Of a stretch of 64,000 bases of DNA, positions 49,504 through 61,923 are shown in pieces. The stretch lies in contig JAWMAR010002887.1 in NCBI GenBank assembly GCA_036785375.1, positions 1 to 64,000 on the forward strand, in the 5' to 3' direction. Position 1 is the first letter of the stretch; the number at the start of each line of letters is the position of its first letter. The stretch comes from Leucoraja ocellata. Lineage: Eukaryota. Under the pieces are notes generated by a model, which saw only the letters and a program-made list of their open reading frames with translations, was not told where the DNA came from and did not search any database. The position numbers were made by a program, and so were the translations under genes.

Positions 49504-50386
49504 GACTTGAATGGGAAGGTTAATCATTTGTTTTGCAATAAATCTGCAGCCTTGTGCAAATTAATTGAATCAAGGGCTGATTTTGCTATTTTTTTGATAT
49601 GATGAGTTTTGACGTCCTTAGATTTTTTCTGAAAACCTATAAATCTCTCTGAAAACCTTTTTTTGGTTATTCTTCCTACTCCAAGTGTTCATATCAGTGA
49701 TTTACCACCATTTGAGAATAACGTAAAGCAATACACAAAATGGATCCTCTTTTTTATCTGCATCTGCCTATCCTTTGGGCGATAGCGATCAAGTGAGAGG
49801 CAAATCTTGCATCAACAATACCCAGTCTTAGGCCCCTGTCCCACTTTCATGACGTAATTGATAAAAAATGAAGACTCGTGGACATTTTTTATCAGGCTGG
49901 AAAAAACGCCGCAGCCTACTTGAGACTACGAGAACACGGAGACCATTCACGAGCATGAGGAAGAGTTACGAAGACCCCCTACGACCTCGTGGCGATCAAG
50001 CTGTGAGTATGAGTCAAGGGAAAACTCGGCAGAGGTCGCCAAAGGTCATGAAAGTGGGACAGGGGCTTAAGACGGGGTATTGTTGATGCAAGATTTGCCT
50101 CTCACTGGATCGCTATCGCCCAAAGGATAGGCAGATGCAGCTAAAAAAGAGGATCCATTTTGTGTATTGCTTTACGTTATTCTCAAATGGTGCTAAATCA
50201 CTGATATGAACACCTGGAGTAGGAAGAATGACCATAAAAACCGTTTTCATAGAGATTTATAGGAAAACCTAAGGACGTCAAAACTCATCATATGAAAAAA
50301 ATAGCAAAATCAGCCGTCATTTCAATTAATTTGCACAAGGCTGTAGATTTATTGCAAAAAAAAAGATTAACCTTCCCATTCAAGTC
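49504..50386. repeat. Long palindrome (~325-bp arms) containing Tc1-type termini
   Basis: 49504-49830 is the reverse complement of 50068-50386, with few mismatches in the inner half. Each arm carries CAGCCTTGTGCAAATTAATTGAA. Confidence 0.92.
49831..50067. mobile_element. PIF/Harbinger-type MITE at the palindrome centre
   Basis: TIR GCCCCTGTCCCACTTTCATGAC and GTCATGAAAGTGGGACAGGGGC, flanked by TTA and TAA. Confidence 0.85.
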
Positions 50387-50528
50387 ATCAAAGTGAATAT
50401 ATTCATGTTAATACATCATGCCAAGCTCATCTATCCAGCTAACACCAAGCTCTATCATTTAGGTCATAACTGGGACATAAATGTACCATGCCTTATCACA
50501 ACTCATGTAGTTCTGCTGCAAGCTCATT

Positions 50529-51062
50529 ATACAATACAATACAATACAATACAATACAATACAATACAATTTTATTTGTCATTTGAACCTCGTTGAAGTC
50601 CAAATGAAATGTTGTTTCTGCAGTCATACATACAAAAAGAGAAAAAGACCCAAGACACAACACAATTTACACAGACATCCATCACAGCGCATCTCCTCCT
50701 CGCTGTGATGGAAGGCAAAAACGTATCTCTCCCCTGCACTCCCCTCTCCCCACGATGTCAGAGTCAAAGCCCCCGGCGGGCGATGGTAATTGTCCCGCAG
50801 CCATTAAAGCCATGCCGGGCGATGTAAGGCCACGCTCCGGGTCTTGTTGTTGGAGCATCCAGCGGGCGCTAGCAAAGTTCCGCAGACATTCCAAGCCGCG
50901 TGGGGAAGAGATGTAAGGCCCCGCTCCAGGTAATCTTCAACCCCGCAACTCGGGCAGGAGAATTTGCCGTTGCGGAAGCCCCGAAAAGCGGTCTCCCAGC
51001 AGGGACCCGCGGGCTCCCGGTGTTCCTGTCTGCCAGACCTGCGGTTGGAGCTCCGAATCTCT
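50529..51062 (-). mobile_element. GC/CpG-rich non-autonomous retroelement (5'-truncated copy)
   Basis: Reverse-complement match to 24340-24825; (TACAA)n tail at 50529-50570. Confidence 0.75.
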
Positions 51063-52344
51063 GCATATATTAGAGTCATTTTAGACACAACGGCCCTGAC
51101 ATACAAACAAATTGCATGAAATGCATTGACATACCCCCATGCTTATTCAAGTGAACATGCTTAAAAGTGCATCTGAAAATGAGGAGGGATGGAGAAGATG
51201 CTTACATTAGCTGCCACCAACATATTTCAATGATGCCTGGTGGAAAGGATCTGCAGTGTTGTGGCATCAAACATAGGTGCTCAGGCACAAGCAAGAGAGA
51301 GCAGTGCAAGAACCCATGCAAGGTCGTACTTAAGCACTGTTCAGAAGAAAAAGTAGAAAATGGAGAATTTTTAATTGCCGAGTGATTGAAAGTTATTGCA
51401 TGGAGTGAGACCTGAATGTCCTTGAACACAAAATCTGGCATCCTTAGGGAAATAAGGATATATTGAAATATAAGGAATGAAACAGATTGACTGTTAGAAT
51501 GTCGACAACATACTGGAGAAACTCAGCAGGTGAGGCAGCATCTATGGAATGAAGGAAATAGGCAACGTTTCGGGTCGAGACACTGCTTCAGACTGTTAGA
51601 ATGTGGTCATCATTCCAAGAACAAAGATTAAGCCTGGAGGGGAGGGGAGGCTTAATCCCATATTCCCATAAGGTTTAGTTGAAATTTAAACTGGGAGCTG
51701 GGATCTCAGATGGGATTTTCATGTTTTAGAAATCCAGGAAAAAAGTTTGAAGGTTGAAGTGCTTGTGTGCTGTCCGCTCTCACCTCTGTTGGTTATGGGT
51801 TGAAATCCCAGTCCAACCATATACATACAATATTAACCAGCATTTCAGTGAAGCAGTGGAGGAATTCTGCATTTTCAAGGTCAGTAGGTGCATGAAATAT
51901 TTTAATGGTCAGTAAATTTTTCACGGCTTGCTGACCTTGCTGTCTATCCTGATATGTGTGTGTCTGAAATATGAATCTCCCTGGTGGAAGCACAATTTCT
52001 CAAAGCCAGTCTTATGCATGAAACGCTACCAGACTTCCCTGCAGATTGTTTTCAGGAATGAATATAAATCCAAATCTTTGTTTACCATTTAACTTTGCAT
52101 CCAGCTCTAAAGAAACATCCAACTAACATAAATTCATCACTTTTATGGATTAAAAAATTGTTATTCTTGTGAAAATTGTTCGATAATAGCATTCTCCTCC
52201 TCTAAGCAGCAGATCATTTGTTCAGGTCCTACCTTTGAAAAGATAAACATGGTGAACAGCTATAGGACCAGCCTTATCAATCCAACAAACACCCACAAGC
52301 TACCCACTCCTTCCTGCAGTACATCCTATGGTTCTTGACTGGTG

Positions 52345-52480
52345 TTTGACGGGTGTCAGAGGTCATGGAGAGAAGGCAGGAGAATGGGGTTAAGAGGGAG
52401 TGATAGATCAGCCATGATTGAATGGCGGAGTAGACTTGATGGGCTAAATGGCCTAATCCTAGTCCTATCATTTATGACCT
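52345..52480 (+). mobile_element. CR1 3' UTR fragment
   Basis: gatcagccatgattgaatggcggagtagacttgatgggctaaatggcctaa matches the CR1 3' UTR seen at 31310-31370. Confidence 0.7.
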
Positions 52481-52632
52481 CATGCCAATAGAGGAGATAT
52501 TACATCTTCCCCTCTACTCCCACTTGTTCCAGGGGCCCAAACACTTTTTCAATTTAGTAAACTGTATTTGCTGCTCATGATGTGGTCCTCTCTGTTCTGG
52601 GCAGAACAAATGTAGATCTTACAATTGGGCTG

Positions 52633-52770
52633 TGTAGGAAGGAACTGCAGATGCTGGTTTAAACCAAAGATAGACACAAACAGCTGGAGTAACTAAGCAG
52701 GCCAGACAGCATCTCTGGAGAAAAGGAATAGGTGACGTTCTGGGTCAAGACCCTTCTTCAGACTAAGAGA
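52633..52770 (-). mobile_element. Short PLE-terminus-derived repeat with a degenerate hammerhead motif
   Basis: The reverse strand reads gtctgaagaagggtcttgacccagaacgtcacctattcc...; it sits inside a degenerate PLE fragment (~52500-53040). Confidence 0.65.
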
Positions 52771-53304
52771 CATGGGAAAGGGAAACATGATATAAGATGG
52801 TGATATTGTGTCTATTTGTGATACTGTGCTTTTTGTGTCTATCTTACAATTGGTCTGTTGGACACTTCAAATCTGTCTGTATGCATGATCTGACATTATG
52901 GTCCCCAGTTCCTTCAATACTGTCCCATTTATGCTCTTGACTTCTTCATTCACACTGTTCCATAATTTTCTTCTGAACCTAAGCTTGAGGAGCAACACCT
53001 CTTTTTTTTTGGCTGAGTACATTCCAATATTCTGGATTGAACTTCAAACAATGAACCTTCTGGTTCAACTTACATCAGATTTAGTTTCATCTTTTGTCCT
53101 TTTCCTCAAATCATTATCAAACTCTTTATCCCCTTTTCTGTCTGCAATATTATCCCTTTAATCATTTGAACTTTTCTATCTTCTGCCCTTCTATTATCGG
53201 GTTGTCTCTTTTGGAACATCTGACAATTTTGCTGTAAGATATGAGCACCCTTTTAAGAATTGCAGCATGTGACCAACTGCTCCTTGTATTTCTTGTTGTT
53301 GTGT

Positions 53305-53622
53305 TTTGTTTAGTTTAGTTTAGAGATACAGTGCAGAAACAGTCCCTTCGGCCTACCAAGTCCACACTGACCAGCAATCCCCTACACTGGTACCATCCTA
53401 CACACACTAGGGACAATTTACATTTTTTATATGTGCCAAGCTAATTAACCTACAAACCTGTACATCTTTGGAGTGTGGGAGGAAACTGAAGGACTCCAGA
53501 AAACTCATGCAGTCACGGAGGGAACATACAAACTCCGTACAGACATACTCATGGTCAGGATCAAACCCGGGTCCCTGGCGCTATAAGGCAGCAACTTTAC
53601 AGCTGTGCCACCATGCCGTGCC
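53305..53622 (-). mobile_element. HE1-like V-SINE
   Basis: Reverse complement of the SINE consensus, with a (GTTTA)n tail. Confidence 0.85.
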
Positions 53623-55385
53623 ATGTGGTCTGGGAGAAATTCCCAGAAAGTCTATTGCTTTGTATAGAGATTTGGCTCTGGATAGTGGGCAGACAGAAGA
53701 TAAATGATGCAAGCCACTGAGCAAATTGTTCCATAGCAAGAGCCCTTTTGTTAGCTTACTCATTATCATCTGATTTGTGATCCTGAAACCTCGTGTCAGT
53801 AATGCTATGAAATCAAAGTGTGACATTTTGACTCCGAACATGAACATTAAGAAAACAAATGGATGTGTACAGAGGGGTGTGTGATTCAATGGGATTCTAC
53901 ACTGTGGAAGGAACCAACGAATGAACTACTGGATTTCCAGACAAGTGAACAGTTCTATGAACAGGGAGAGTGGTGGGAACAGTTTCTGCTGTATATTGCG
54001 ATGAATATGCAGATGAACCAAGACAGATCAAGGCAAATGTTATGGTATCTCTCTGGCCACATCAGCACAAAAAGCCCCTGTAGTGTGAATTAGATACTTT
54101 ACCAACATATGAAGCACACTTCATACATGCCACAAGGCAGACCCCAGACCACATATCACATTAAGTCATAACAAAGGGCAGACAGACAGAGCACAGCATT
54201 TTGACTGAAGTATCTGGAAGACTGGTACCAAAGTAAAGCATTTCAAAGTAAGACTTTTTCTTTTCACTATGAGGGAACAAATGTAATGTGTGACTTATTG
54301 GATGTGTATCCTTTTAAGTACTTTTTATATCTAACTTACTGGTTATTCCCAAGAACAATAATAATGGAAACTTACTGTTTCTTATTTCCCATCTCCACAT
54401 CCACCAATCCTGTCTTTTCACCTTAAAACTTGCATTACCTCATAATTTCTTGCAATTCTAACGTAAGGGTATTGACCTGAAACATCATTACAGTATCTCT
54501 GCTTCTCTTTCCCGAGATGCTGCTTGAACTGCAGAGTATTTCCAGCATTTTCAGGATGTCAGCATCCAGAATAATCTGCCTTTGTTTTTTGTTCATAAAA
54601 TAAATATATATGATTCCCCTAATTGTATTGAGCGATACTGTTTTTGCAATCAGTTCAAAAGATCATTTAATCATTCAAACTATTTCTGGTTCTGTGATTT
54701 CACGTAATCAAATTGACTACCATACTTGTGTTGCCACAGTACCGCAGTCCTTGAGGTTCTACTAAACCTTTTGAAAAATACAGTGCATCTTTCGTAAATG
54801 TTTATGCATAACCCATCATAAAAAGAAAAATTTGCTAGCATTTCATTAAATGACAATTAGAAAATATGATGGTATTTTCCTTAATTACAATGTGGCTTAT
54901 TATCTTTGGGAATTTGATATTTTGATCTTTAATTTCCATGGAGAAGATTAAATTGGGTTGATGATTTCCACAATTATTGGCAGTCAATGGAAGGAGAGCC
55001 AATGTGAGATTTATTGTTATTTCCTAAATACATCTGTAATTCTAAACCTTAAACCAAAGGGTCACTTTAGCCTAAAAGTGTAAATAGGAGTCATCAACAC
55101 ACTGTGTCTTTACTACTATTTATTGGTAATACACAAACGTTACTGCCCTAGCTGTACGTGGTCTGTCACAGGAGCTAGAGAGCGATCAATGGGTGGGGAG
55201 GTTGCAATTATCCTTCTGATATGGGGAGTGGTTAGTAGTGGTGAGGTCACAATATTAAAGGTACATGCACATGTCATCTACATCCTTCCCCTTGGAAGCA
55301 AAGCAATACAGTAGTGACGGGGTGACCACGTCTCATGCGCTACGTGCAGGTAAGCAAACAGTTGAACAAACAGATGAGCAAACAG

Positions 55386-56450
55386 CTAAGCAAATTCACC
55401 ATAGCGGACAGGCGGCTTAACCAGCCGGCCGGACCAGGTACGCAGCTCGCCATCTCCCCCCTCTGCAGGAAGAGCAGGAGCCGGAGCGGGAGCGGGTGAC
55501 CAAACCGGGGATCCTGGAGGAGAAAGAGTAGGCGGAGGCAGAGGAGGGGACGCAGGCGCAGCAGCGGGTGAATGGGCAGGGGAACGAGGGCTGCCAGGCG
55601 GAGAGCGGGGCTGGAAGAGCAGAAATGGCAGGGACCGAGGCATGCGTGGGGTTGCAGGCAGAGTGGCGGACAACGGAGGGGAGAAAGGGTCGGCAGGCGG
55701 TGGTGGCGGCTCGTTGACAAGCCGTAGATGTTGGCGGGACCGACGGTAGATGGTACCATCGTGGTCGACCAGGTAAGAACGCGGCGAACCAGCATCACCG
55801 ACGACGGTGGCAAGCTTGGAGTGACCGGAGGGGGACTGCATCCGGGCGACTTGGCCGGGGAACAGACACGGTAGGGGATGGCAGGACTGGTCGTGGGAGC
55901 GCTTTTGCACTGCGTGCTTGAGGGCAATGCGCTCCTGGACAGCAGCAGGCTGGAGAACAGAGGGCACGAGGGACTGCTGGGTCACAGGGAGTGGAGGTCT
56001 CATGGTGCGAGCCATCAGCCGCTGTGCTGGCGAGCCCAAGGCAGGGTCGCGGGAGATGTTTCGAAGATTGAGGAGGGCCAGGTAAAAGTCGGATTCGGAG
56101 AGTCTGCAATGCTCCAGCAAGTCCTTAGCACTGCGGACAGCGCGCTTTGCCAGGCCGTTGCTTTGCGGGTACTCTGGACTGCTGGTGTAGTGTTGGAAGT
56201 TCCAGCTGGCAGCGAAACCTGAAACTCGGCACTGGTGAACTGACTGCCGGAGTCAGATTGGAGGCTCGCCGGGGAGCCGAAAGTGGTGAAGTGGCGGCGC
56301 AGCTTCCCGATGACGGCCGAAGAGGTGAGGGAGTGCAGCTGGTCGACCTCGAACCAGCTGGAATAAGAGTCAACGAGAACCAGGAAGTGCTTGCCACGCC
56401 ACTCGAAAATGTCAGTGGCGACAGCCATCCAGGACAGTTCAGGGTCAGGC
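55386..56450 (-). pseudogene. Gypsy integrase core and C-terminus (frameshifted)
   Basis: VATDIF...LVLVDSYSSW...FG.P..LQSDSGSQF; SPAQRLM; PRSYLV...YRRSRQHLR; TWSGRLVKPPVRY. Confidence 0.88.
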
Positions 56451-57140
56451 TGTTGCAGAGCTTCTCGGAGAATGTTAAACAACCTTGCTCAAACTGATAG
56501 CGAGCTTGGTTCCCAGCACCAGCTTGACGAACTCCCTTTGTCTGATTCCAGTTCATCACAGGGGGAGACTAGCATTTCTTCATTCTTGGATGCACATGCC
56601 TTGATAACGGACCCTTCGGTTCGGGTTACTGTCAATGGTTCGACCTTCTCCCCGAAACTCGACACGGGGGCGGTAACAAATGTAATGTCAACAAGCCTTT
56701 TCAAAAAGATAAGAGATGATGAAATAGTGACTGTTGACAACACCCGCCTGCATGCCTATGGGGGAGGCATGCTCATTCCTGTGGGAAAGGCAACTCTGCA
56801 CTGCAAGGTCCTGAAGGCCTCTCGGCCCCCCACTTTCTACCTGCTAGACTCTGACAACGTTACCTTGCTGGGTGCCCAGGCGTGCCAAGACCTCGGTTTG
56901 GTCTCCTTTCACCGTGATATCCACCAGGTGCAGACCCTCATGGACCCCCTGCGTGAATACCCCGACCGTTTCGACGATAAGCTGGGCAAGCTGCCCAGCT
57001 GCTAAAAGATTGCTGTCGACCCCAGTGTTGAACCTGTGATCCGCCCACCGCACCGCGTCTCCTTCGCCATGAAGGACAAGGTGGATTCTACGCTGCTCAA
57101 CATGGTCACCATGGGCATCCTGAAAGAGGTGAGCGATCCC
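56450..57140 (+). pseudogene. Gypsy aspartic protease and RT lead-in, inverted relative to the element
   Basis: KLDTGAVTNVM, LLGAQACQDLGLV and EYPDRF, then IAVDPSVEPVIRPPHRV...MGILKEVSDPT, all on the plus strand. Confidence 0.88.
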
Positions 57141-57689
57141 ACTTCTGACACCATGTAAAGAGGAGTCATCATCACACTGTGTCTTTACTACTATTTATTG
57201 GTAATACACAAACGTTACTGCCCTAGCTGTACGTGGTCTGTCACAGGAGCTAGAGAGCGATCAATGGATGGGGAGGTTGCAATTATACTTCTGATATGGG
57301 AAGTGGTTAGTAGTGGTGAGGTCACTATGTTAAAGGTACATGCACATGTCATCTACAAAAAGGCCAATAGAATAGAGTATGATTGGCAAACACTTCAGTG
57401 CGAGCTGATATTTATCTGACAGTATCCCCACCTAAACTGTGCACAGGGAACATAGCAAGACTGTATCATGATACCAGGTTCAGAAAAGCATATATGGAGT
57501 ACTTAAAATTCAAACAAGCTCTCATATGTTATTTAGTGTGCTGGGAAATCAGTCCTGCTAAAATGATAATGTCTGATTAGTTGGAAAGTGAGAGCCTGGT
57601 TAATGTTGGTTTGCAAGACGGGATTGGGTGCTTGAATGAAGTTTTCAAAATATTAACAAGCAGCAATATAAAAAGCAACCAATTTGTCC

Positions 57690-58210
57690 ATTGCTCCAAT
57701 TGGGTTGTGGTATAAGATAAGAGTGTCTTGCCATAATTATGAAGGGACATATCTGAAGTACTCTGCAGTTTTGGTCTCCTTATCTAAGGAAAAAAGTAAT
57801 TGCTTCAGAAAGAATGCACCAGTTAACCAGGTTTGATTCCTGAGATGAGAGAATTGAGCGGAATGGCTCTATTTTCCCTGTTTAGTGAAATGAAAAGCAA
57901 TCGCATTATTTAAATTATTCGAGGAATTGTAATGTAAATGTTAACAAGCCATTTCCTCTTTGTCAGAGTTTAGAACCAAGGAATATAGTCTCAGGTTCAG
58001 CCATTATGGACTTGGGTTGAGAATTCTCTTCACCCATGGGATTGTAAGCTTTAAAATTGTCTAATGTGCACTATCGATGCTACGTAAAAAGCATATTTAG
58101 AATGAGAATTATATAATTTTGAGCATATATATGAATTAAATATCATGGGGATTAGATAAGAAGTATAATTGACAAAAATGTCCATTATGATCTTGTTGAA
58201 TGGTGGAGCT
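57690..58210 (+). mobile_element. Very old CR1 3' fragment
   Basis: catatctgaagtactctgcagttttggtctcc...ttcacccatgggattgtaag resembles the CR1 ORF2 end. Confidence 0.55.
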
Positions 58211-59559
58211 ATAATCATGTCACATTGCCAATTCCAATTTTTAATTTTCTGTGGTCAGTTTTATGGAAAAGGTGAAATGGTTAGAAATCACTTTTTCGAA
58301 ACAACTAATGCAGTAACTGTGAGTTGTCATTAACAAAATGTTAACCAGGAGTGTTAACTTAGGCTGAGATGAAGGGTGTCCCCACATATTGGTGCTTCAC
58401 TGTGCATCTGTTCCTCATCTGGTGTTCTTGTACAGTTCGCCCATGAATAAAAATCAGCCTGACCATTATTTTGGCACCAAACAATATTTTGTGATGTGAA
58501 AAAAAAGCCTTGGATTATTAACCACAAAGGCAGTGAGAGATGACCTATCAACAAATATTCATTGTGCAGAGCCACACTTGTCAGGGAGTTCAAGATCAAA
58601 CAATTAGGGTGTTAGTGTTGACATCCTATTGTATCTTTTCAAATCCCACTCAACACTGGGATTGATGACATTTTATGGGGTCCTTTACAAACTCAGGACA
58701 CCCTACAGAATTTTAGAGCTAATCAGATACCTTTTGCAGCATAAAGATGTCTGTAATTGCAGCCAATCTCCTAAGGAAGCCCCCTATAAACAGGATGATG
58801 TCCAGATACTTAGGTTGACTAGTGTCTGTTGAGGGATAAATATTAGCTAAGATATCCAAGAAAACTCTCTTCTTCTTCAAAAGAGTATTGTATGATCTCA
58901 TGCATACATCAGAGCAATCAGGTGGTCTTTCTGTTGCACCTCCAGCAGAGCAGGCATTTATTGGTACTGTGGTGAAGAATATGCCCAGGATTTATGCTCA
59001 ATCCTCTGGAGTGCCAATTAAATTTACACAGAAAGAAGAGTGCGACTACATGGATTAAACCCTTTTAATCCATTGTGCAGATGTGTATACTGTAATTCCA
59101 CCTCATGAACCGACTTTAAATTGCCAGTTAATATTTTGCAACCCCATTGAAAGATTAAAGCGGATTTGCAGATGTACTCTGTTCTGTTTTGTCCCTAAAT
59201 TCCAATAAAGCTCATACAAAGGAGGTAACAATATTGTATATACTGTACATAAAAGATGAGAGCCCATCATCCTTCATATGGGATTTGATTTTGTATATTT
59301 GAACATTAGTCTCCACATGTTAGCCAGTGTCACATGAAAGATTTCTCATTCCGGCTCTATGATTATATCCGTCCTTATTTCAAAACACAAATATACCTTA
59401 ACTTAGGAATTTTCGCATACTCACCAGTGATTCTTTGTTGCACGTATCTTCAAGTTAAGGTGTTATTTTGCACTAAAATGAATGGTGCACTTCTCTTTGC
59501 CCATGAGAATGCCCATAATGTAAACGCAGAGAATTGGATCTCTGTTCTTCCGTCAGTAA

Positions 59560-60580
59560 CTTGATCCTTTACTTCCACATTGGCAGACCACAGTCAGTAT
59601 GAAATGGTAACAATACTTCCTCATCGATAACCTTCAGCACAGGAGCACCTCAAGGCTGTGTCCTCACTCTCCTGGTCCACTTGCTCTACACCCATGACTG
59701 TGTAGCCAGACACTGTTCTAAAGCCACCTTTAAATTCACCAACCATACCACTGTCATTGCATAAATAACAGGTGGAAATGAGTCAGAGTATAGGAGAGAG
59801 ATTGATAATCAAATTGAAAGGTGCCAGGACAATAATCTTGCTCTCAACATCAGCAAGACCAAGGTGCAGACTGGTGACTTCTGGAAGGGAAATCTAAGGA
59901 TCCATGAAACTGTCTTCATTGGTGCAATCGGTGTGGAATGAGTTAACAGCTTCATTTTCCTGGGGATATGTAACTCTGAAGATAAATTCTGGACCCAACA
60001 CATTGATGCAACACACAACAAAAGTACATCATCGTTCCAACTCACTTTTGAAGGTTGAGGAGATTTGATATGTTGATGAATATTTTATTAAACTTCTATA
60101 GGCGTAGAGTAGAGAGCTTACTCACTAGTTGCATCATTGCCTTGCTCGACAACTCGAACACACAGAAATGAAGGAGGTTACAGAAAGTGGTCAAAACTGC
60201 CTGATCCATCACAGTTACTGATCACCTCATCATCAAAGAGATTATTGAATACACTGCCTCAAAAAGGCAACCAATATCATCAAAGACCAACGCCACCCTG
60301 TCCACGTTCTTATTTCACTCCTACTATCGGGAAGAAAGTGCAAGAACTGAAAACCATAACCTGCAATTTCAAGAATAGTTTTGTCCCAACCAACATAAGG
60401 CTCTTGAACATGACACAATACTATGACCTGTGTAGCTGCACTAAAAACGTTGTGCTTTGCACAAGTATTACGGTTATCGATTTATTGAAATGCTAATAGT
60501 TATTATATATTATTCATGTGCATTACATTTCTGAGCCTGTTAACTGCTCTGCTATCAGTACATATGACAGTTAAACACTT
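59560..60580 (+). mobile_element. Rex1/Babar LINE RT-to-3' fragment
   Basis: STGAPQGCVL, YTHDC, ESEYRREI and NNLALNISKTK; 3' end catatgacagttaaac. Confidence 0.8.
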
Positions 60581-61076
60581 TTGACACGTTTAACAAAAAC
60601 CGAGCAATGGCTCAGACTCACATTGGTCTGTAACTCCAATAATTCAGGAAGGCATATGCAGAATGGATCTTCATTCTGAGTTAACAGGTCCTTCATCAAC
60701 CATTTCACTTTTCTTTTTTATTCTCCTTTAAAATGTGTCAAATGTGTTCAATGCTATCCTTAATTGCACTATAGATACAGTAAGAAGAGCAGTTAATGTT
60801 CTCCGGGCTACAACCTCTTACAAATCATAGTCCCTGGTTTCATGGTTATTGTTATATTTAGATGGAAAGACAGTAGAGAATCGAATATCATTACCTAGCT
60901 TAAAGTAAATGCGCACTGCCTCTCATTGTATAATGTACAATAAAACATATATAACTCTGCTGTTTTCACTTCCGATACCACACTTGTCCCATGCTATGCA
61001 AATTGGTTGTTTGCATTTTTAAATAAATCATCAATAACAACAATTCAGAGAGTAATTAACGTGGGATGAATCACTT

Positions 61077-61923
61077 GTAGGCCGCACGACACTCGTCAGC
61101 AGCGGCCTCTGCAGCTCGTCTGCGTTTTTACTATTTTTTGCCTATGTTTTTATGTAGTTTTTGTTATTTTTTGTTGGGGTGTGTGTGTGGGGGGGGGGGG
61201 GGGGGGTGGGAGGGAGGGGGTAACTTTTAATCTCTCCCTGCACGGGAGACCCAACCTTTTCTTTGTCGGGTCTCTGTTGTCGTTGGGGCTGCAATGAGGA
61301 GCGGCCTCCAACAGGAGAAGACCGGGGCTCTGGTGCTGACAACTCACCTCACCGTCGCGGAGCTGGCCGAGTCCGGAGCGGGTGGAGCGGTGGTGGAGCG
61401 CTGCTGCTGCTGCGGCCCGACCTCCGGAGATTCGGAGGCTGCAACTGCGGGTCTGGCGGACGGTGGCACCGGGAGCCCACGGGTCCCTGGAGGAAGACCG
61501 CTTTTCAGGGCTCCCGCAACGCGACTTCTCCCGCCCGAGTTGCGGGGTTGAAGAGCTCCTGGAGCGGGGCCTTACAGCACCGCCCCGTGCGGCTTGGAAT
61601 GGCCGTGGGACTCTGCGAGCGCACGCCGGGGGCTCTAACATCAAGAACCCGGTGTGCGACCTTGCATCACCCGGCGTGGCTTTAATGACCGCGGGACAAT
61701 CGCCATCGCCAGCCGGGGGCTTTGACTTTGACTCTGACATCGGGGGGGGGGGGGGGAGAGTGCAGTGGAGAGATAAGTTTTTTTGGCCTTCCATCACAGC
61801 GATGTGATGGATGTTTATGTAAATTATGTTGTGTTGTTGTGTCTTGGGTCTATTTGTTTGTAATGTATAGCTGCAGAAACGTCATCTTGAATCTTGAATC
61901 TTGAATCTTGAATCTTGAATCTT
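61077..61923 (+). mobile_element. GC/CpG-rich non-autonomous retroelement (copy 3)
   Basis: Colinear with 23978-24790; ends in (TCTTGAA)n. Confidence 0.78.

Larger units (their letters stand above)
55079..57357 (-). mobile_element. Gypsy/Ty3 LTR retrotransposon, internally deleted and rearranged
   Basis: 204-bp LTRs at 55079-55282 and 57154-57357 (TG...CA, about 7 mismatches), 5-bp TSD AAAAG, PBS TGGTGTCAGAAGTGGGAT (tRNA-Leu-like) and PPT AAGGGGAAGGA. Confidence 0.95.

Noticed and set aside
53800-54100. Trp/Glu-rich 76-aa ORF
   Set aside because: No recognised homology or splice signals; an ORF of this length is expected by chance.
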